This document shows, piece by piece, positions 47,496 through 59,849 of a stretch of DNA of 64,000 bases. Each line of letters opens with the position of its first letter. Positions within the stretch are counted from its first letter, which is position 1. Source of the stretch: Marsupella aquatica (taxonomy: Eukaryota; Plantae; Marchantiophyta); NCBI GenBank assembly GCA_973895155.1, contig OZ316898.1, positions 18,611,292-18,675,291 of the forward strand, written 5' to 3'. A program made the position numbers and the translations under genes. The notes beneath the pieces are model-generated. The model saw nothing but the letters and a program-made list of their open reading frames with translations, made no database searches and had not been told where the DNA came from.

Positions 47496-49093
47496 ATGAG
47501 CTTGCAGAGGAAAGTGGTCAGCGTTGACGCTCCGCCTCTTGGGGTGGTCGGTGACGGTTCATCATCAATGGAAGGATCCCTTGAAAAGACGATGAGCACT
47601 AGTGAGAGAATGGAAACTTTCGACAAAGCGAAGATGGCCAAAATTTTGCGAGCATGCTTGCTGGCCAAGTATCTGCGAAATGATAATGTTCCAAGCGAGC
47701 TGCAGCAGGTACGTTGTCTCAGCTAAAACCAAGGCCTGAACAGAAGATTTACACAAGCTGCCAAACGAGTGGTATTAAAATCTTTGCCTCGCAATCCTAT
47801 TGATGGAGTGTTTTGTGTCACCCGTTCCTAGTTTGGTGGCCTTTCTGAGTGTTCCTATTTAGACATGTTGAGATGCTAGGATTACACATCAAGGTCTTGT
47901 CATCTGCCCGCCCTGTTTTACTTGTTTGAAGGGTGATTACCCAGTTTTGTCCCATACCTATTATCAAGAGTTTGTTGATCCACACAATGATATTGCTCAT
48001 TATGTTAGTGGTCGTGGCGCAATCTGACCTCTGAGAAACAGCACTTGACCTCCTGCTCTGTACAATTCTGACAGGGTCTTTATCTCGGATCTATTGGAGC
48101 AGCCTTCAACAAAGGATTGCTCCAAAATCTGAATGTGACACACATTTTATCGGTAGTAAATGCTGTGGACATTCCTTTTCCTCATGACTTCAAATATCTT
48201 CGCATTGAAGGTGAGTTTGTAAAGGAACACTGAGTATGCTGCAGTGCTATTTGTCGATAGTTTTGGGGTGAAAGTTTAACCATTTGATAAGAAACGAGTG
48301 AACCTGAATCGAAATGAAGTTGACTCTTCCAGTTACGCAGTGAAACGCAGCCGTAGTATCCCCTGCTTTAAATCTTATGATGTTGACCAAGTATAGCTCA
48401 ATCCTTAAAATGTGCTTGATTGCCCTTTCAGTGTAATTCAATTTTTTGGATAAGGTGCATGTTTATACCAACACTGCTAACAGGATCTTGTTTTCTGGCC
48501 AGTTCTTGACAGTGCCGAGGTTGATTTGTCACAGCATTTCAATGCATGCTTTTCGTTTATTGACGAGGCAAGAATGGCTGGTAGTGGAGTTTTGGTGCAT
48601 TGCTTTGCAGGCCGATCGAGAAGGTTCGTTTTAACTCTAATTTTGACGAACCTTCTTGAGGCACCTAACCTTACTCAAGAGAGCGGTCTAGATCCAGCGC
48701 GCAAAATCATCGTTGATATTGTCTGAGTCGACTGAGTCGTCTGAGCTATTGCTCTCTTAACGTTTCAATTCTTGCAGTGTGACTATTGTGGTGGCATACT
48801 TGATGAGGACGTATGGAATGCGGTTGGCTCAAGCTCTCTCCCATGTTACAAGCAGGCGAAAGGTGGCTCAACCTAATCCTGGCTTTCTGAGACAGCTGCA
48901 AAATTATGACCAACTATTGGAAGGTAAAGCTCTTTGTATCAATGAAAGTATCTGCGGAGCATTATTAATGCTGAAGTGTGAGAAGCGGTAAGTAGGTTTA
49001 CCTATAAGGGCAGGCATGCGATGAATTGCATGATGTGAAACTGACACCCAAGACACAACGGTTGGTCTTGCAGCTGCACGCAGAAGAAGCTGA
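47496..49093 (+). CDS. Dual-specificity protein phosphatase (DsPTP1/MKP2-like)
   Basis: Exons 47496-47708, 48075-48210, 48503-48623, 48778-48923, 49074-49093. Motifs GLYLGSIGAA, VTHILS, active-site loop VHCFAGRSRS, AYLM and PNPGFLRQL. Confidence 0.92.
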
Positions 49094-52000
49094 GAGCCAC
49101 GGGAAATCTGCTTGGCAAGTTATGGGGAAATATGCACCCACCATGAAGTGAATGGATGCCGAGGGAACAGTGAGGTATTGGTGTTGTGAGTTGGATGGGA
49201 AAGTTTTTTGGGCTATAAATAGCCTTGAGATAAAAGGCGCAATCACTTCTGGTCCTTGCAATGAGGTAAAAATATAGTTGGAAACAATGTGCGGTGGTGG
49301 CTGTTGGCGGGTGGCTCGAAAGAGAATCTGCTCATGGCCAGATGGAGAAGAGCTTGGGAACCAGTATTTTTGTTTTGAAGTTATGACACTGCTCTTCCGA
49401 GTTGGGGGATTTAGAAACAGGGTCAGGATTGTGATACCCCTCCTTGGGTACATGGTTGGATCAAAACCAACGTAATATTGCTTATCACTGGGGAGGAACA
49501 TGATGTTCTTTGATTGGGGTAGGACAACATGTTTCTGGTCAGTTTGATATTCCGGCATTATTGTCGTTAACGATGCTACGAAGGCATCTAATTTTAGTTG
49601 TAATGATCTGCACACAATGCTGCAATCACAGGGAACTCTGCGTATTTGATCAGCAGAGGTGCCCCTCGGCAGTGGTTTGTTTAACATAGTGTTTTGTATG
49701 AGATTTTAATACAGTTCTTGCAAGAAATTATCGATCTTGACTCCGTTTTCTTCATGGAGTTTAGATCTATATGCCGAGTCTTGGTGTTGTCATTACAAGT
49801 TAAGCCTCTGGCTATCAGAACAATCGCCATGCCATTTGACTCTGGAAGATTTTTGCGTAGTCACCCAAGAATGAATAAGTTCTAAGACGGTCAAAATTAG
49901 CTTAAATATCCGTTCGTACAAATTCAGTGCACTGTGACCATTCAAGCAATGTTTCACCTCGTCTTTACTTTCTTGTAAATCCCGAGGCTCATGGTTGTCA
50001 GTTGTAGCGACAGTTCTCATCACACATTCTGTTGGTATTTTGTGCTGTTGTAATATAAAGTAGGAGCTCACCATGATCCTTTTGGTGGGATGGAGTAGTA
50101 TGGAAGACAGATAAACTCATACGGCTGTGGTCACGCTTGTGGGACCGAGCCGAGCAGGGTCGTAAGCATAAAACTCTCTCCCGTGTTATCCGTCGGTTTA
50201 AAATGAATCAGGGAGATTGTTTCATCTTCGAACACCTAATTATAAAGGAAAGAAATCCTCTCCATAAATTTTTCGACGGGCAACAACGGAAGCGAAAAGC
50301 TTTTTTGCTTGCCACATGTAAGCTAAGCTGTGGTCTGGATATCCTCGAACCTCACAGGATTCTCCAAGGTCTAGTAATAAACCGTTTCACATATCTTAAG
50401 AAATACATATTTTATGTAAGAATCCTTAAACAATCTAAAAGTTGGTGGGTACCGATAGAATTGCAGATTGAAACTGGATCGATATTCTCCAACCGATGTA
50501 TAACCAAGGAAACTCTTTAACAACGATATTTCCTGACTTTTTCTCATTGCAGTAACTTCTTCAAGGTGTCTAATTGAGGGTGCATCCGGAGTAGTGTAAA
50601 AGTTCATGGGAGAAGAAGGGATAAAGGAAACTTCACATTGGACTTGGTCGTCTGGTCAACTACTCTCTTTCCATTTCTCGTTGTCTTTGTTTTTTTTTGT
50701 ATATATCCAACCAAAAGAGAAATTTCAGATTGGAAGGGATGCTCTCGGTCAACTACTTCCCTCATTTGTTTCATCGTTGCTGCAAATTCTTGCAAATGTC
50801 TATAACAAGGGGAATCTAAAACTTTGCCCTGCCCTTTGTAAAGGCAAAAGAGAAGCGTCCGGGTTGATTTGTTTCCTAGCGTCTGGTAACGTATTCACAA
50901 CATACTCTTTTTGGCACGTCAATCATCACGGTAGTCAGTTTCGGTGGGTCAGATGGTCTTTCGGTTCTCAACGGACAGACAGGTGCTGTCCCTTCTGCTG
51001 TCAAGCGAATGACCTGACGATTCATGACTTCCATCAGTGCGGTAGCTCCTTAAGTTCTCAATATAAAAGAACCATTGGAGAGCTGCTAATGGTGGGCTGT
51101 TTACATAAACAAAGTATCGGAATCGCATGTAATTAGACCCGCTGTAGCTACACAGCTGTTACTATAAGATTGAGCCACGGCAGTCCGGAAAGGCATACGG
51201 TATTGAACCTAGACTCATACTTTGTTGGACATTGTCGATTGGGCCCAGATCCCTGAGGATAAGAATGGCGGCATGTTTCGTCTTGGGCTGAAATTCCTGT
51301 TCTGGTAGCTCGAAGTATCTGATACGACACCGGAGGTTTCGAGGTTCTGGACTTAGTAGTCAGAGCTCAGTATTTGCTAGTTAATCACGTGACTTCATGC
51401 AATTAGTATAAACCAAGTGGCAGCCGAGCTGAATGGATGGGTCGATGGATTGCTTACTCGGAGTTTCCAGCCAAGTCATCTATGCTATGGAGTAAGCACT
51501 AGATCAGCCCCAAATCCTGAATTCCTACCCAGAGGTTGCCCAGAGCGTCAGCAGGACCGTACTCACGATGTCTTTTACTGTCTTCTTTTCTATCGATCAG
51601 CTTTTGATGCCCGTGCGTACTAGCAATGTCTTTTACTGTTTTCTTTTCTATCGATCAGCTTTTGATGCCTTCGCAAGTGTTGCCTGCCCAGCCGCATGAT
51701 GATCATCATGATTTTTCCGCAGCTGTGGACTGAAAAGTTGATGGATGGAAAGCGCTACAGCCTCAGTTAGGTAAGTTGCGCCCTGCAGGCGGGTTCTACA
51801 GGACGGTCTACTTTAAGATAGTCAGTTTGACAGGCAATTGATTGGGCAGGGTTCAGAACAGGCACTTGGTAGTTTTAGACATTATCTTGGGGATAGTGCT
51901 TCAAGCTTGCAGTTGTTTCCACGCTCCTAGGATCTGCATACTTCATTTGTACATTGAATATTTGGACATTGAATGAGGTGAAGCGTTCAATTTCCGGTTA

Positions 52001-53520
52001 TTTAAAATCAGGATGGTACTTTTTAGGGGGCGGCATCCGTGTATATCACCTTGCTAATTAGAATTGTGGGGGCACAAGATTCGTGGCTAGTTAAGCCAGG
52101 GCACAAAATCCAGACCGAAAGAATTCTGCCACGTATCTTTGGGGTAGACAATTTCAGTTGGCTGGAGCCTGTTAGCAGGATCCACGTAGACCAGATCACT
52201 TCCTGGGCATGCAATCGAGAAATCCCCTTTTGATCACCAGACTCTGGTTAGCCTGTGTGGCAGTTTTCTGCAGTTCTCTCTTGAATTTTCAGAAGAATCC
52301 TTGGTGGGCCAGGTTGACAGCCAGGTACTCAGATGAAAAGCTGGTTCTCTCCCTCTCTCGTTCGTTGATCAGTCCGGCACATGATTGTAGGGATATCGAC
52401 CTGCTGCAAATTGAGCTCCTGGATTTGTTTCCCCTGTCTGCCCTTTCACTTTCTTATCTGAAGAGAAGTCTTTGAATCATAGGGTCATTCCTGCATTCGT
52501 TGAGTCATACACGGCTTCTCCTTCATAAGGGGCTATCGATAAGGGATGAGGACGGGATATAAGATTGAGCACAAGAACGGCGTACAGAAGTATGCAAGAA
52601 CTTGCGGACTAAGTGAAGTTTCGAAACCATATACATTGTCACATACAGTACCCTGAGAAGTTGATGGGTATTGTGTGTAACAGCTAACTAAATGAAGATC
52701 TGACTTTTCCCATGACATGAACAAGATAATACCGAGACAAAGTTTGGAAGAACTTACTCTTACTGAAGGATGGATCTCCCAACAACTTCAACAATAACGA
52801 GATCGAGAGGTGGAGAACACTGACTGAAAGTTCGGTCATGAAGTAATTTTGTGCAAGGAAGGTGATCCCCGACCCCTCTGGCTATATAGTGCTATCACTG
52901 CTACCGCTTTACATTCGAAAGCAGGGTATGCAAAACATCCAAGGAACGACAGATCAGAGAAACCCACCACGAATGTCTGGAAAAATCTGTATTTACTTAG
53001 ACGACCGCTCAACACTCGGACGATGTTGAGCCTCACTGATCGCAAAATTTGCAGAATACTCATTCCTAAATGGTGATTGTCCACCAGAGGTAGATATTTA
53101 ATGAGCATAAACCTACATTGCTATCCTACTACAGCTCAAGGTTTCAGGAAGAAAATCCGCAACCGTGTGGATTCCCTCAATAGCAGCAGATATTTCCGAG
53201 TACAAGTCTTAGTAAATTGATTTCCGAATGGTGATAAAAAATTTATAAAGAATTCCCCGAATCTCTCTAGAGTTTCGTTCGTCATGGGATGGCTTCTAGG
53301 TCTATGCTTGCAGTAGAGAGTTGACCGCGTACGTGCTCAAAATTTGGGAACTGAGAATTTGAGGAAGGACCTGTGAAAATCTGGAAATCAATTCTTCATG
53401 AGCAGTAGAGATTGTGCAAGTATCGCCTACACTCGGAAGCCCCTACATGTCATCAAAATTTGTGGAAAAATCTGTACATATATCTAAAGCGGGGGACATG
53501 CCTCGCAACAGTAGTTAGGA

Positions 53521-55362
53521 CTACCATTTTGACATCCACACAGCCACGATCCAAACGACAACGAGGAGTACATTGAAGATGAGCTTGTTGTCATTGCTAG
53601 CCGATCCCACGCTCTCTTCGTCGTCGACAAGCACATGCCTGGAAGGTGATCGGTGCTGCCAGAGCCGGTTCCAAATATTGGAGGTATTGGGTTTCTGCCT
53701 CAAGGAGACCCCTAGTTGAGCCTCGAGAAACAGCAGCAACTTCTGGAGGAATTTTTCAATGGAACTCTTCGCCATCCGCTGCCTGTCCTTAAGCTTTCTC
53801 ACCAGGGGACTTTCAAGCCCCTCTGAAGGTGTAGCTTCCAGTACGCTGGCCAGAGCCGCGGTGAGGTCTTCTCCGACCATATTGTGCCCCAAATCAAGCT
53901 CCTGCAGTTCAGGAAGGTTGCCAGACACAAGAGCCCTAACGAGAGGTTTCATACTGCTCCCAGCCTCTATATCATTGTCAGTCAGGAGGAATCGCTCCAA
54001 CTTGCGAAGGTTCCCGGCCTCCATCTCCTCAGCTAGGCCAACCAGCCCATCGTCAGTCATACTCACCCGGGAGAGGTTGAGATACCGTAGCTCCGCGAGG
54101 TGCCCAGATTTCATGAGCCGGGCAAGAGCAAAACTTCCAACGTCCCTCCTCACGCGGGTGTAACTTTTCATATACCTGTCGGTGAATTCAAAATCCCTCG
54201 TCGACGAACTGGTGAAATTGCTTGACATATCCAGATACCGGAGGCCCCAGACGTGACCAGCCTCCATAGCCTGCGGGATCAATTCCAATCCTTGCGGAGC
54301 GATGCCACACTCAGCAATGACCAACTTTTGAAGATTGGACAGTTTGCCGGATCGAAGAGCTTTCACCAAGGCCATGCAGCCTCTCGCCCCCATGTAATTG
54401 CTGCTCAAGTCAAGCAGTTGCAAATGGGACAATCGCCCGACCTCCATAGCCTGGAGAATAGGCTCAACCCCATGGCCAAGGTAGCAACGGGTGAGAACCA
54501 AATCCGTTAGGCTAGATAGCTGTCCAGAATTCAATGCCTTGCCAAGAGCCGAAGTTCCCTTTTCCCCAACCATGTTGAAGGAGAGGTCCAGGTGCTTCAA
54601 GTATGGGACTCTTCCTATAATCAGTGCTTGCGACAAAGCTACAGCCCCTTCCTCTCCGAAGGCATTGGTGGATAAATCCAGGAATTGCAGACCCCAGCTG
54701 GAGAAGTGCCCCGACTGCATGGCAGTGGCAATGTTCTGGACTCCATAGTCGGCTATATAACAGTGGGATAGATTCAAGCTCAGGAGTGATGGTAAACGGC
54801 CGATGTGGAGAATCCTCGCCAGCATGCCACTCCCCTCTTCCCTGATGTGATTATGGGAGAGGTCGAAGCTCTCCATGCCGGATAAGAATCCGGTGGCGAT
54901 GGTCTGGGCGATTTCATGAAATCCCTGGTCAGTAAGCCCGTTGTCTGAAAGATCTAGGTGCAGAAGGTTTGTAACGTTGGCATCTCTGAATGCCCTGGAC
55001 AAAGAGGACACTCCTTTGTCCCCAATTGCGCCCTTCCGTAGGTCCAAAGACTTCGCGTCTCTCACTACCTCCACAAGCTCTTCCAGAGCTTTGGAGCTCT
55101 GGATTGCGTCTCGTAGTCCTGCCATCGCTCGAGCCTCGATTCCGTGAGTCTTCTCGATTTTGACGCCTGCACCAGTTGCAGGTGGGGTTGAGGGTTCCTC
55201 CGGAATTGCTGCCTTCTCGGCTAGCTCCTCGGATTCCGCACTCAATCTCCTCAGCAGTTCTTTCACAGCAGACTCCGGCGAACCCATTTTCTTCCTCTCA
55301 GGCTTCTGAGAGGGAGGGGGCTGCTCCGGAGTGGGTACCGGAGCGGGCTCCGGAGAAGCCAT
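53521..55362 (-). CDS. Ribonuclease-inhibitor-like LRR protein with a C-terminal transmembrane helix (about 613 aa, single exon)
   Basis: Long uninterrupted ORF with about 13 LxxLDLSxNxI/L repeats, a P/E-rich N-terminus and the hydrophobic tail LIFNVLLVVVWIVAVWMSKW. The first ATG is at 55362 (the track start at 55383 is TTG); an acceptor AG at 55385-55386 allows an upstream exon. Confidence 0.88.
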   Translation of the reverse strand: MASPEPAPVPTPEQPPPSQKPERKKMGSPESAVKELLRRLSAESEELAEKAAIPEEPSTPPATGAGVKIEKTHGIEARAMAGLRDAIQSSKALEELVEVVRDAKSLDLRKGAIGDKGVSSLSRAFRDANVTNLLHLDLSDNGLTDQGFHEIAQTIATGFLSGMESFDLSHNHIREEGSGMLARILHIGRLPSLLSLNLSHCYIADYGVQNIATAMQSGHFSSWGLQFLDLSTNAFGEEGAVALSQALIIGRVPYLKHLDLSFNMVGEKGTSALGKALNSGQLSSLTDLVLTRCYLGHGVEPILQAMEVGRLSHLQLLDLSSNYMGARGCMALVKALRSGKLSNLQKLVIAECGIAPQGLELIPQAMEAGHVWGLRYLDMSSNFTSSSTRDFEFTDRYMKSYTRVRRDVGSFALARLMKSGHLAELRYLNLSRVSMTDDGLVGLAEEMEAGNLRKLERFLLTDNDIEAGSSMKPLVRALVSGNLPELQELDLGHNMVGEDLTAALASVLEATPSEGLESPLVRKLKDRQRMAKSSIEKFLQKLLLFLEAQLGVSLRQKPNTSNIWNRLWQHRSPSRHVLVDDEESVGSASNDNKLIFNVLLVVVWIVAVWMSKW

Positions 55363-58300
55363 CCGATATCGGGAGTTCTCCAAACTAAAATAATCACAAG
55401 AACTGAAAAAGGTCTTGAAAGTTAAACTCCTCCTGATGCCCCGACGAGTAGATGAGAGTTATCCAACCTGTGGATGACCTACAGGTATGCGCCGCAAGCA
55501 CCTCGTGTAACCTACTGGACTACTCAAGTATCGGTGATCGCTCCAATAAAAGTGGACCTACCTGGAATTGGAAATCCACTAGTTTAAGAGCTGGCTGACA
55601 GGTCCTGGAAATGATCTTCGCATTCCGAATCCTCATGTCTTTCGACGTTCGCTCTCGTATCGAGGAATAGGACGCTTCAAATCGGACTTATGAGACACAT
55701 GCGTCAACGTTGTCCAGAGATACACAGGTCCAAAGACAGAATTCCTTCTCCAAATCCACAAAAGAGCGGCAAACAACGACTTGATCCCCAATTTCAAACT
55801 CCTCCAAATTCCCTCTAACGTTGGCCAGACGAAACAAGCTGCTCTTCGTAAGCTCCTGCCCGATATCGCTCCCGTAAAGAGTAGCAACCTCCAGGCAAGA
55901 ATCCGTGAAAAGTTAGCGGGTCAGGAATGAAGGTGATCTCCGGAATCGAACTCCTTCGTGATAGAGCAGTTGGCTATATGAGTCGAGAGTTCAGGACCTG
56001 AACTACACAATCAAGTTACAACTTTCTCAAAGGGTTAGCAGATCCAGAAATTGGTCTTCTGGTACAAAGAGCTAGCAGCAAGCATGTAGGACCTGAACCG
56101 AAACCGAACGACTCTCGGTCCAAATCCCTCAAAGATAAAAGAGGGTGAGAAGACGGCCTCCGAATCCAAAGAACTGTGTCAAGTCTGAGTTAATCTTCAA
56201 TTTGACCTCCTGAACACAATCATCCCTAAAGCGAGCTTCTCGTTGTCCACACCCTTAAGGCTTTGGCTGGGAATTCGCACAGCTCCTGGTATACATCCTT
56301 CAAAGGTCAGCAAGTCTAGAAAATGATCGATCGATCTGGATCTCAAGCGACTGACATAGCGCGGCTGTGAGTGCTTAGCTTCCATACAGCTCCGCCAGCC
56401 CCTCAACATGTACACAGTTCCGGCATATACTACCGTTTCATTAGGTTTGTCTCCCAGAATGGACTCCAAGTCTGCAGCTGAGGACCTCTCCAACTCCTCA
56501 TCATTCAGCTTCTACAACGTTCCCGTCCAAACACGCTTCGTTACACGGTTTCTCGTCACCCATGTGTGAGAGAATGGAGGATTCGCTTCATGAGGCGCGA
56601 TCCAGGACTGGAAAGACTCATGAGACTTGACACTGGATCAGAGCAGCTCTACAGGAGGGAGCTAGACAGCTCCCTCCCTCCCTCCCTCCCTCGTTGCTAC
56701 CTTCCTGGCTAGAGCTAGACCCACTCTCGGCGCCGCCAGCCCAACCGAAACGGCGGTGGGTGGGCCTTGGCTGCAGCGTACGCTTCCATCAGAACAACTG
56801 GGTCGACCTCATGACTCTTCGGCAGCAGAAGGATGCAGAAGGTAGGCGAGGCTCAGGATCGTACTGTACCAAACCTCTACTGTACGTCGTCGTATAGTCA
56901 GTCATCCATATCCAGAATCCGAATCCAAGCTCCAAACTTCTGAGAGGTAACGTTATTCATCGACGAACATCCGTATCCGAACGGTTGTCCCATCAGTTTA
57001 CAGAAGGTAATCTGCTGAGCTACAGTCGTTGTGCTTGACATGGATCAAGATTAAAAAAGGCAAAGTGAGAATTAGGGAAATCTCACGAAACGGAATCAGA
57101 CCAGCAAACTGAAGTGAGGACGGTGAGACCCAGGCCAACGCCATGACATCGAGATGGATTGAGTGCAAATTTGACAGATCAATGCACGAAACAGTGAATG
57201 ATGGCAGTTTCACCATATTGGGCTGGATCAGCTCGTGTCTAACAGTTTCATTACTTCGATAAGTTGCTGTCTCACAAAGTAAGCCCTAGAATACTCTACT
57301 GAAATTGAGCAATTAGCCGGAAACTAATCCAGCCTCTTGAAATTATGCTGGATCTATTCTACAGGGGACAAAGGCTACTAAAAGTCGAGGCAGTCTCAAA
57401 TCCAATTTAGATCCAAATCAAACGAAGGATTGAGAATCAAAGAAATCTGACCAATTGAATTCGACAAACCCAACAACGAAAACAAGAAGAAGAAGTAGAA
57501 TCAGGGCAGTCTCTTCAAATCCTCTTTGCTCATTGCGGCAGGACCCTGAGAAATGGGGATTTAATAAGTATTGGAATTAAGTCTGGTCACTCCGTGTTTT
57601 TCGCTGTTCTTTCTTGATTTGCTTTGGTGATCCGAGTCAATTTTCTTCAGAGGGGTCTGATTCTGTGTCCCCTGATGCTCACTAGATCATAGTGGAATCT
57701 CTAGGAATGCGGAAGAACCCAAAAAATGTGTGCAAGGGAATCTTCCTAACACCCAATTTGATAATCATAACTAGAGAGAAAGTGGGCATTAAGAAAACAG
57801 AACAAGACCCATTAATTGAATGAAATTGACTCAGATCAGCAACATGCAAAATCAAGAAGGACAGCGAGAAACACGGAGAGATCAAAACAGATAAAATCAG
57901 ATTCTGTTCTTGTACCTTCAGTATTGGCGGGAACTGAGGGAATCTTTCAAAATCTACGGTAGGGTAGGGGTATACGGGTCCATGAGTTAACTGTAGAGTT
58001 AACTGTAGTTCCAGACCCCTTCGGGAAATCAAAGGCACGGACCGCTTGAAAGTTATCTGCTCACAGCGCCCACCGTCGATCTCAATCAGTACTGGTGACC
58101 TGAGCTGTGCATGAGTGGGCCCCGGTGATTGCAAATAAAAACAGGCAGCCAGATATGTGTTTAGAATAACTCTACTGTAGATATTTAAGAATACAATTGG
58201 GTTTATCACTTTATTGGATTGCTTTGTCACTGGGACCCTGTTTCGGTGTTTCCTGTTATTGCATTTTTGTCCTTTATTTATCATTGTATGGAATGGAATG

Positions 58301-59170
58301 ACAATTATATCTTATATTGTAATATTTTGATGTGAAAGTGTGGGGACTCGATGAGGAGTGGTAGAGTCCTACTTACAAAGACTGTACTATACCATAATGA
58401 TGGGGGCTAGGGAGCACGTGAAAATTCATAAGTCTGGGCACCCTCTTGCGCTAGGTCCAAAAAGAATTAAGGTGACTGTTACTTGGCAAAACTCCTTTAT
58501 TATTATAGTCCCCTGGGTCCCACTTAGATGCTGTTTGTTTCGTTATATATATAGGTTAAATGCACTTTCCTGATATTTAGGTGATGGACGAGTGACCTTT
58601 GATTAACTGGCAAGTGTTTGTGTTTTTATTTAGAGAGTGAACGAGTGATCTCCAACCAAGTGGCAAGGCTTTTGTTTGTAAATGGTGATTGTCCCTGGAA
58701 ACTCTTTGATTACACCTCTTGGGTCACACACTTTGATGCTAGAGGCCGGCATCTTTTGTGTGCAAATGGTGACTCTTCTTGGGAAACTCTTTCATTACAA
58801 TCCCTTGGATCCCATTTTAGATGCTGTGGGCTGCCTATTTCACGTAGAGTGATATGGGAGGGACCTTCCTAAGTGAAAAGTTTTATGTCTGCAAGCATCT
58901 TGAAGTCTTTTGTGTGGAGGGCTTTGGTGAACCTCATTTTGGGCTGGGAGTTTTGTACTAAGGCCCAACTTGCTTGTGATGGGGCCTTTGTTTTGCTGCC
59001 CTCAAATTGACTCATGTCATTCAGTGCAATTTCCATGCCATAAACCCCTCGTCAGGCCTGATGGTATCTCTTGTAGAGACCTAAGGGCAAAGGCCCCAAC
59101 CTTTCTAGCTTTGAGGTCCCAACCAAGAATCAAGATCTGCTTTTGCCTATTGTTAGCTTTGCTAATGTCA

Positions 59171-59390
59171 CAGTTTTCGGGACTAATTGCAAAGCCCGAT
59201 GGGCAACAATAAATGAGTTTCCAAAGAACGGCCATCAAGAATAAAAAAGAAGTACACCTGGCAGGCCACAATGGGTGGTCGCAGTTTTCGGGACGAATCG
59301 CAAACCCCGATGGGCAACAATAAATGAGTTTCCAAAGAACTGCCATCAAGAATAAAAAATAAATCCACCTGGCAGTCCACAGTTGGGTAG
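59171..59390. repeat. 111-bp tandem duplication upstream of MATE
   Basis: CAGTTTTCGGGAC...GATGGGCAACAATAAATGAGTTTCCAAAGAAC...CACCTGGCAG starts at 59171 and 59282. Confidence 0.9.
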
Positions 59391-59546
59391 TATCTGGCCA
59401 AGTGAGGTTAGATCTGGTCCGGTCTTTTGCCGAAAAGTTTCATCAGTCGTTTCTCAAAATCGGTGCCAAATGTACAGTACTTATTATTCTACAGCTCACC
59501 AGAGTGGAGATGTCTTTCGAACTCGTCCGTTTTCTTCACTTTGTTG

Positions 59547-59812
59547 GAATCTTGGAAGAGGTGTCGAGCTTCAAGTGAGCCGACAGTTCTCTACACCAGC
59601 TAGAATTTTGAAAGAGGTATTGAGCTTCCAGTGAGGTGACAGTTCTCTACACTCAGTAGAATTTTGGAAGTGGTTTTGAGCTTCCAGTGAGGTGACAGTT
59701 CTCTACACTCAGTAGAATTTTGGAAGTGGTTTTGAGCTTCCAGTGAGGTGACAGTTCTCTACATTTCACAGAATTTTGGAGGAGGTTTTGAGCTTTCAGT
59801 GAGCTGACAATT
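59547..59812. repeat. 56-bp tandem repeat, about 4.8 copies, just upstream of the MATE ATG
   Basis: Unit GAATTTTGGAAGTGGTTTTGAGCTTCCAGTGAGGTGACAGTTCTCTACACTCAGTA; starts at 59547, 59603, 59659, 59715 and 59771. Confidence 0.92.
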
Positions 59813-59849
59813 TGGGTCTGGACGTGAGGACGGGTGTGACTCAGCAATC

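Noticed and set aside
48998-49687. 229-aa minus-strand ORF
   Set aside because: Antisense to the phosphatase's last exon and 3' UTR, with no recognisable domain; treated as a chance ORF.
30597-51670. Short local duplications at about 30597-30670, 36145-36330 and 51569-51670
   Set aside because: Real but ordinary two-copy slippage-type duplications in introns or UTRs, with no further structure.
53759-55388. Plus-strand ORFs over the LRR gene, and similar antisense ORFs over MATE, DRC11 and SDR exons
   Set aside because: Shadow ORFs of real coding sequence on the opposite strand.
56645-56716. Annotation as a MIR390 precursor or TAS3 locus
   Set aside because: Mature miR390 (AAGCTCAGGAGGGATAGCGCC) is not present, indels are needed in the seed region, and there is no same-strand site pair or tasiARF sequence.
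56197-58284. ORFs 56197-56493 and 57682-58284 as extra exons or genes upstream of the LRR gene
   Set aside because: No recognisable homology and no frame-consistent splice path to the LRR ORF that I could establish; probably leader, intron or promoter sequence.
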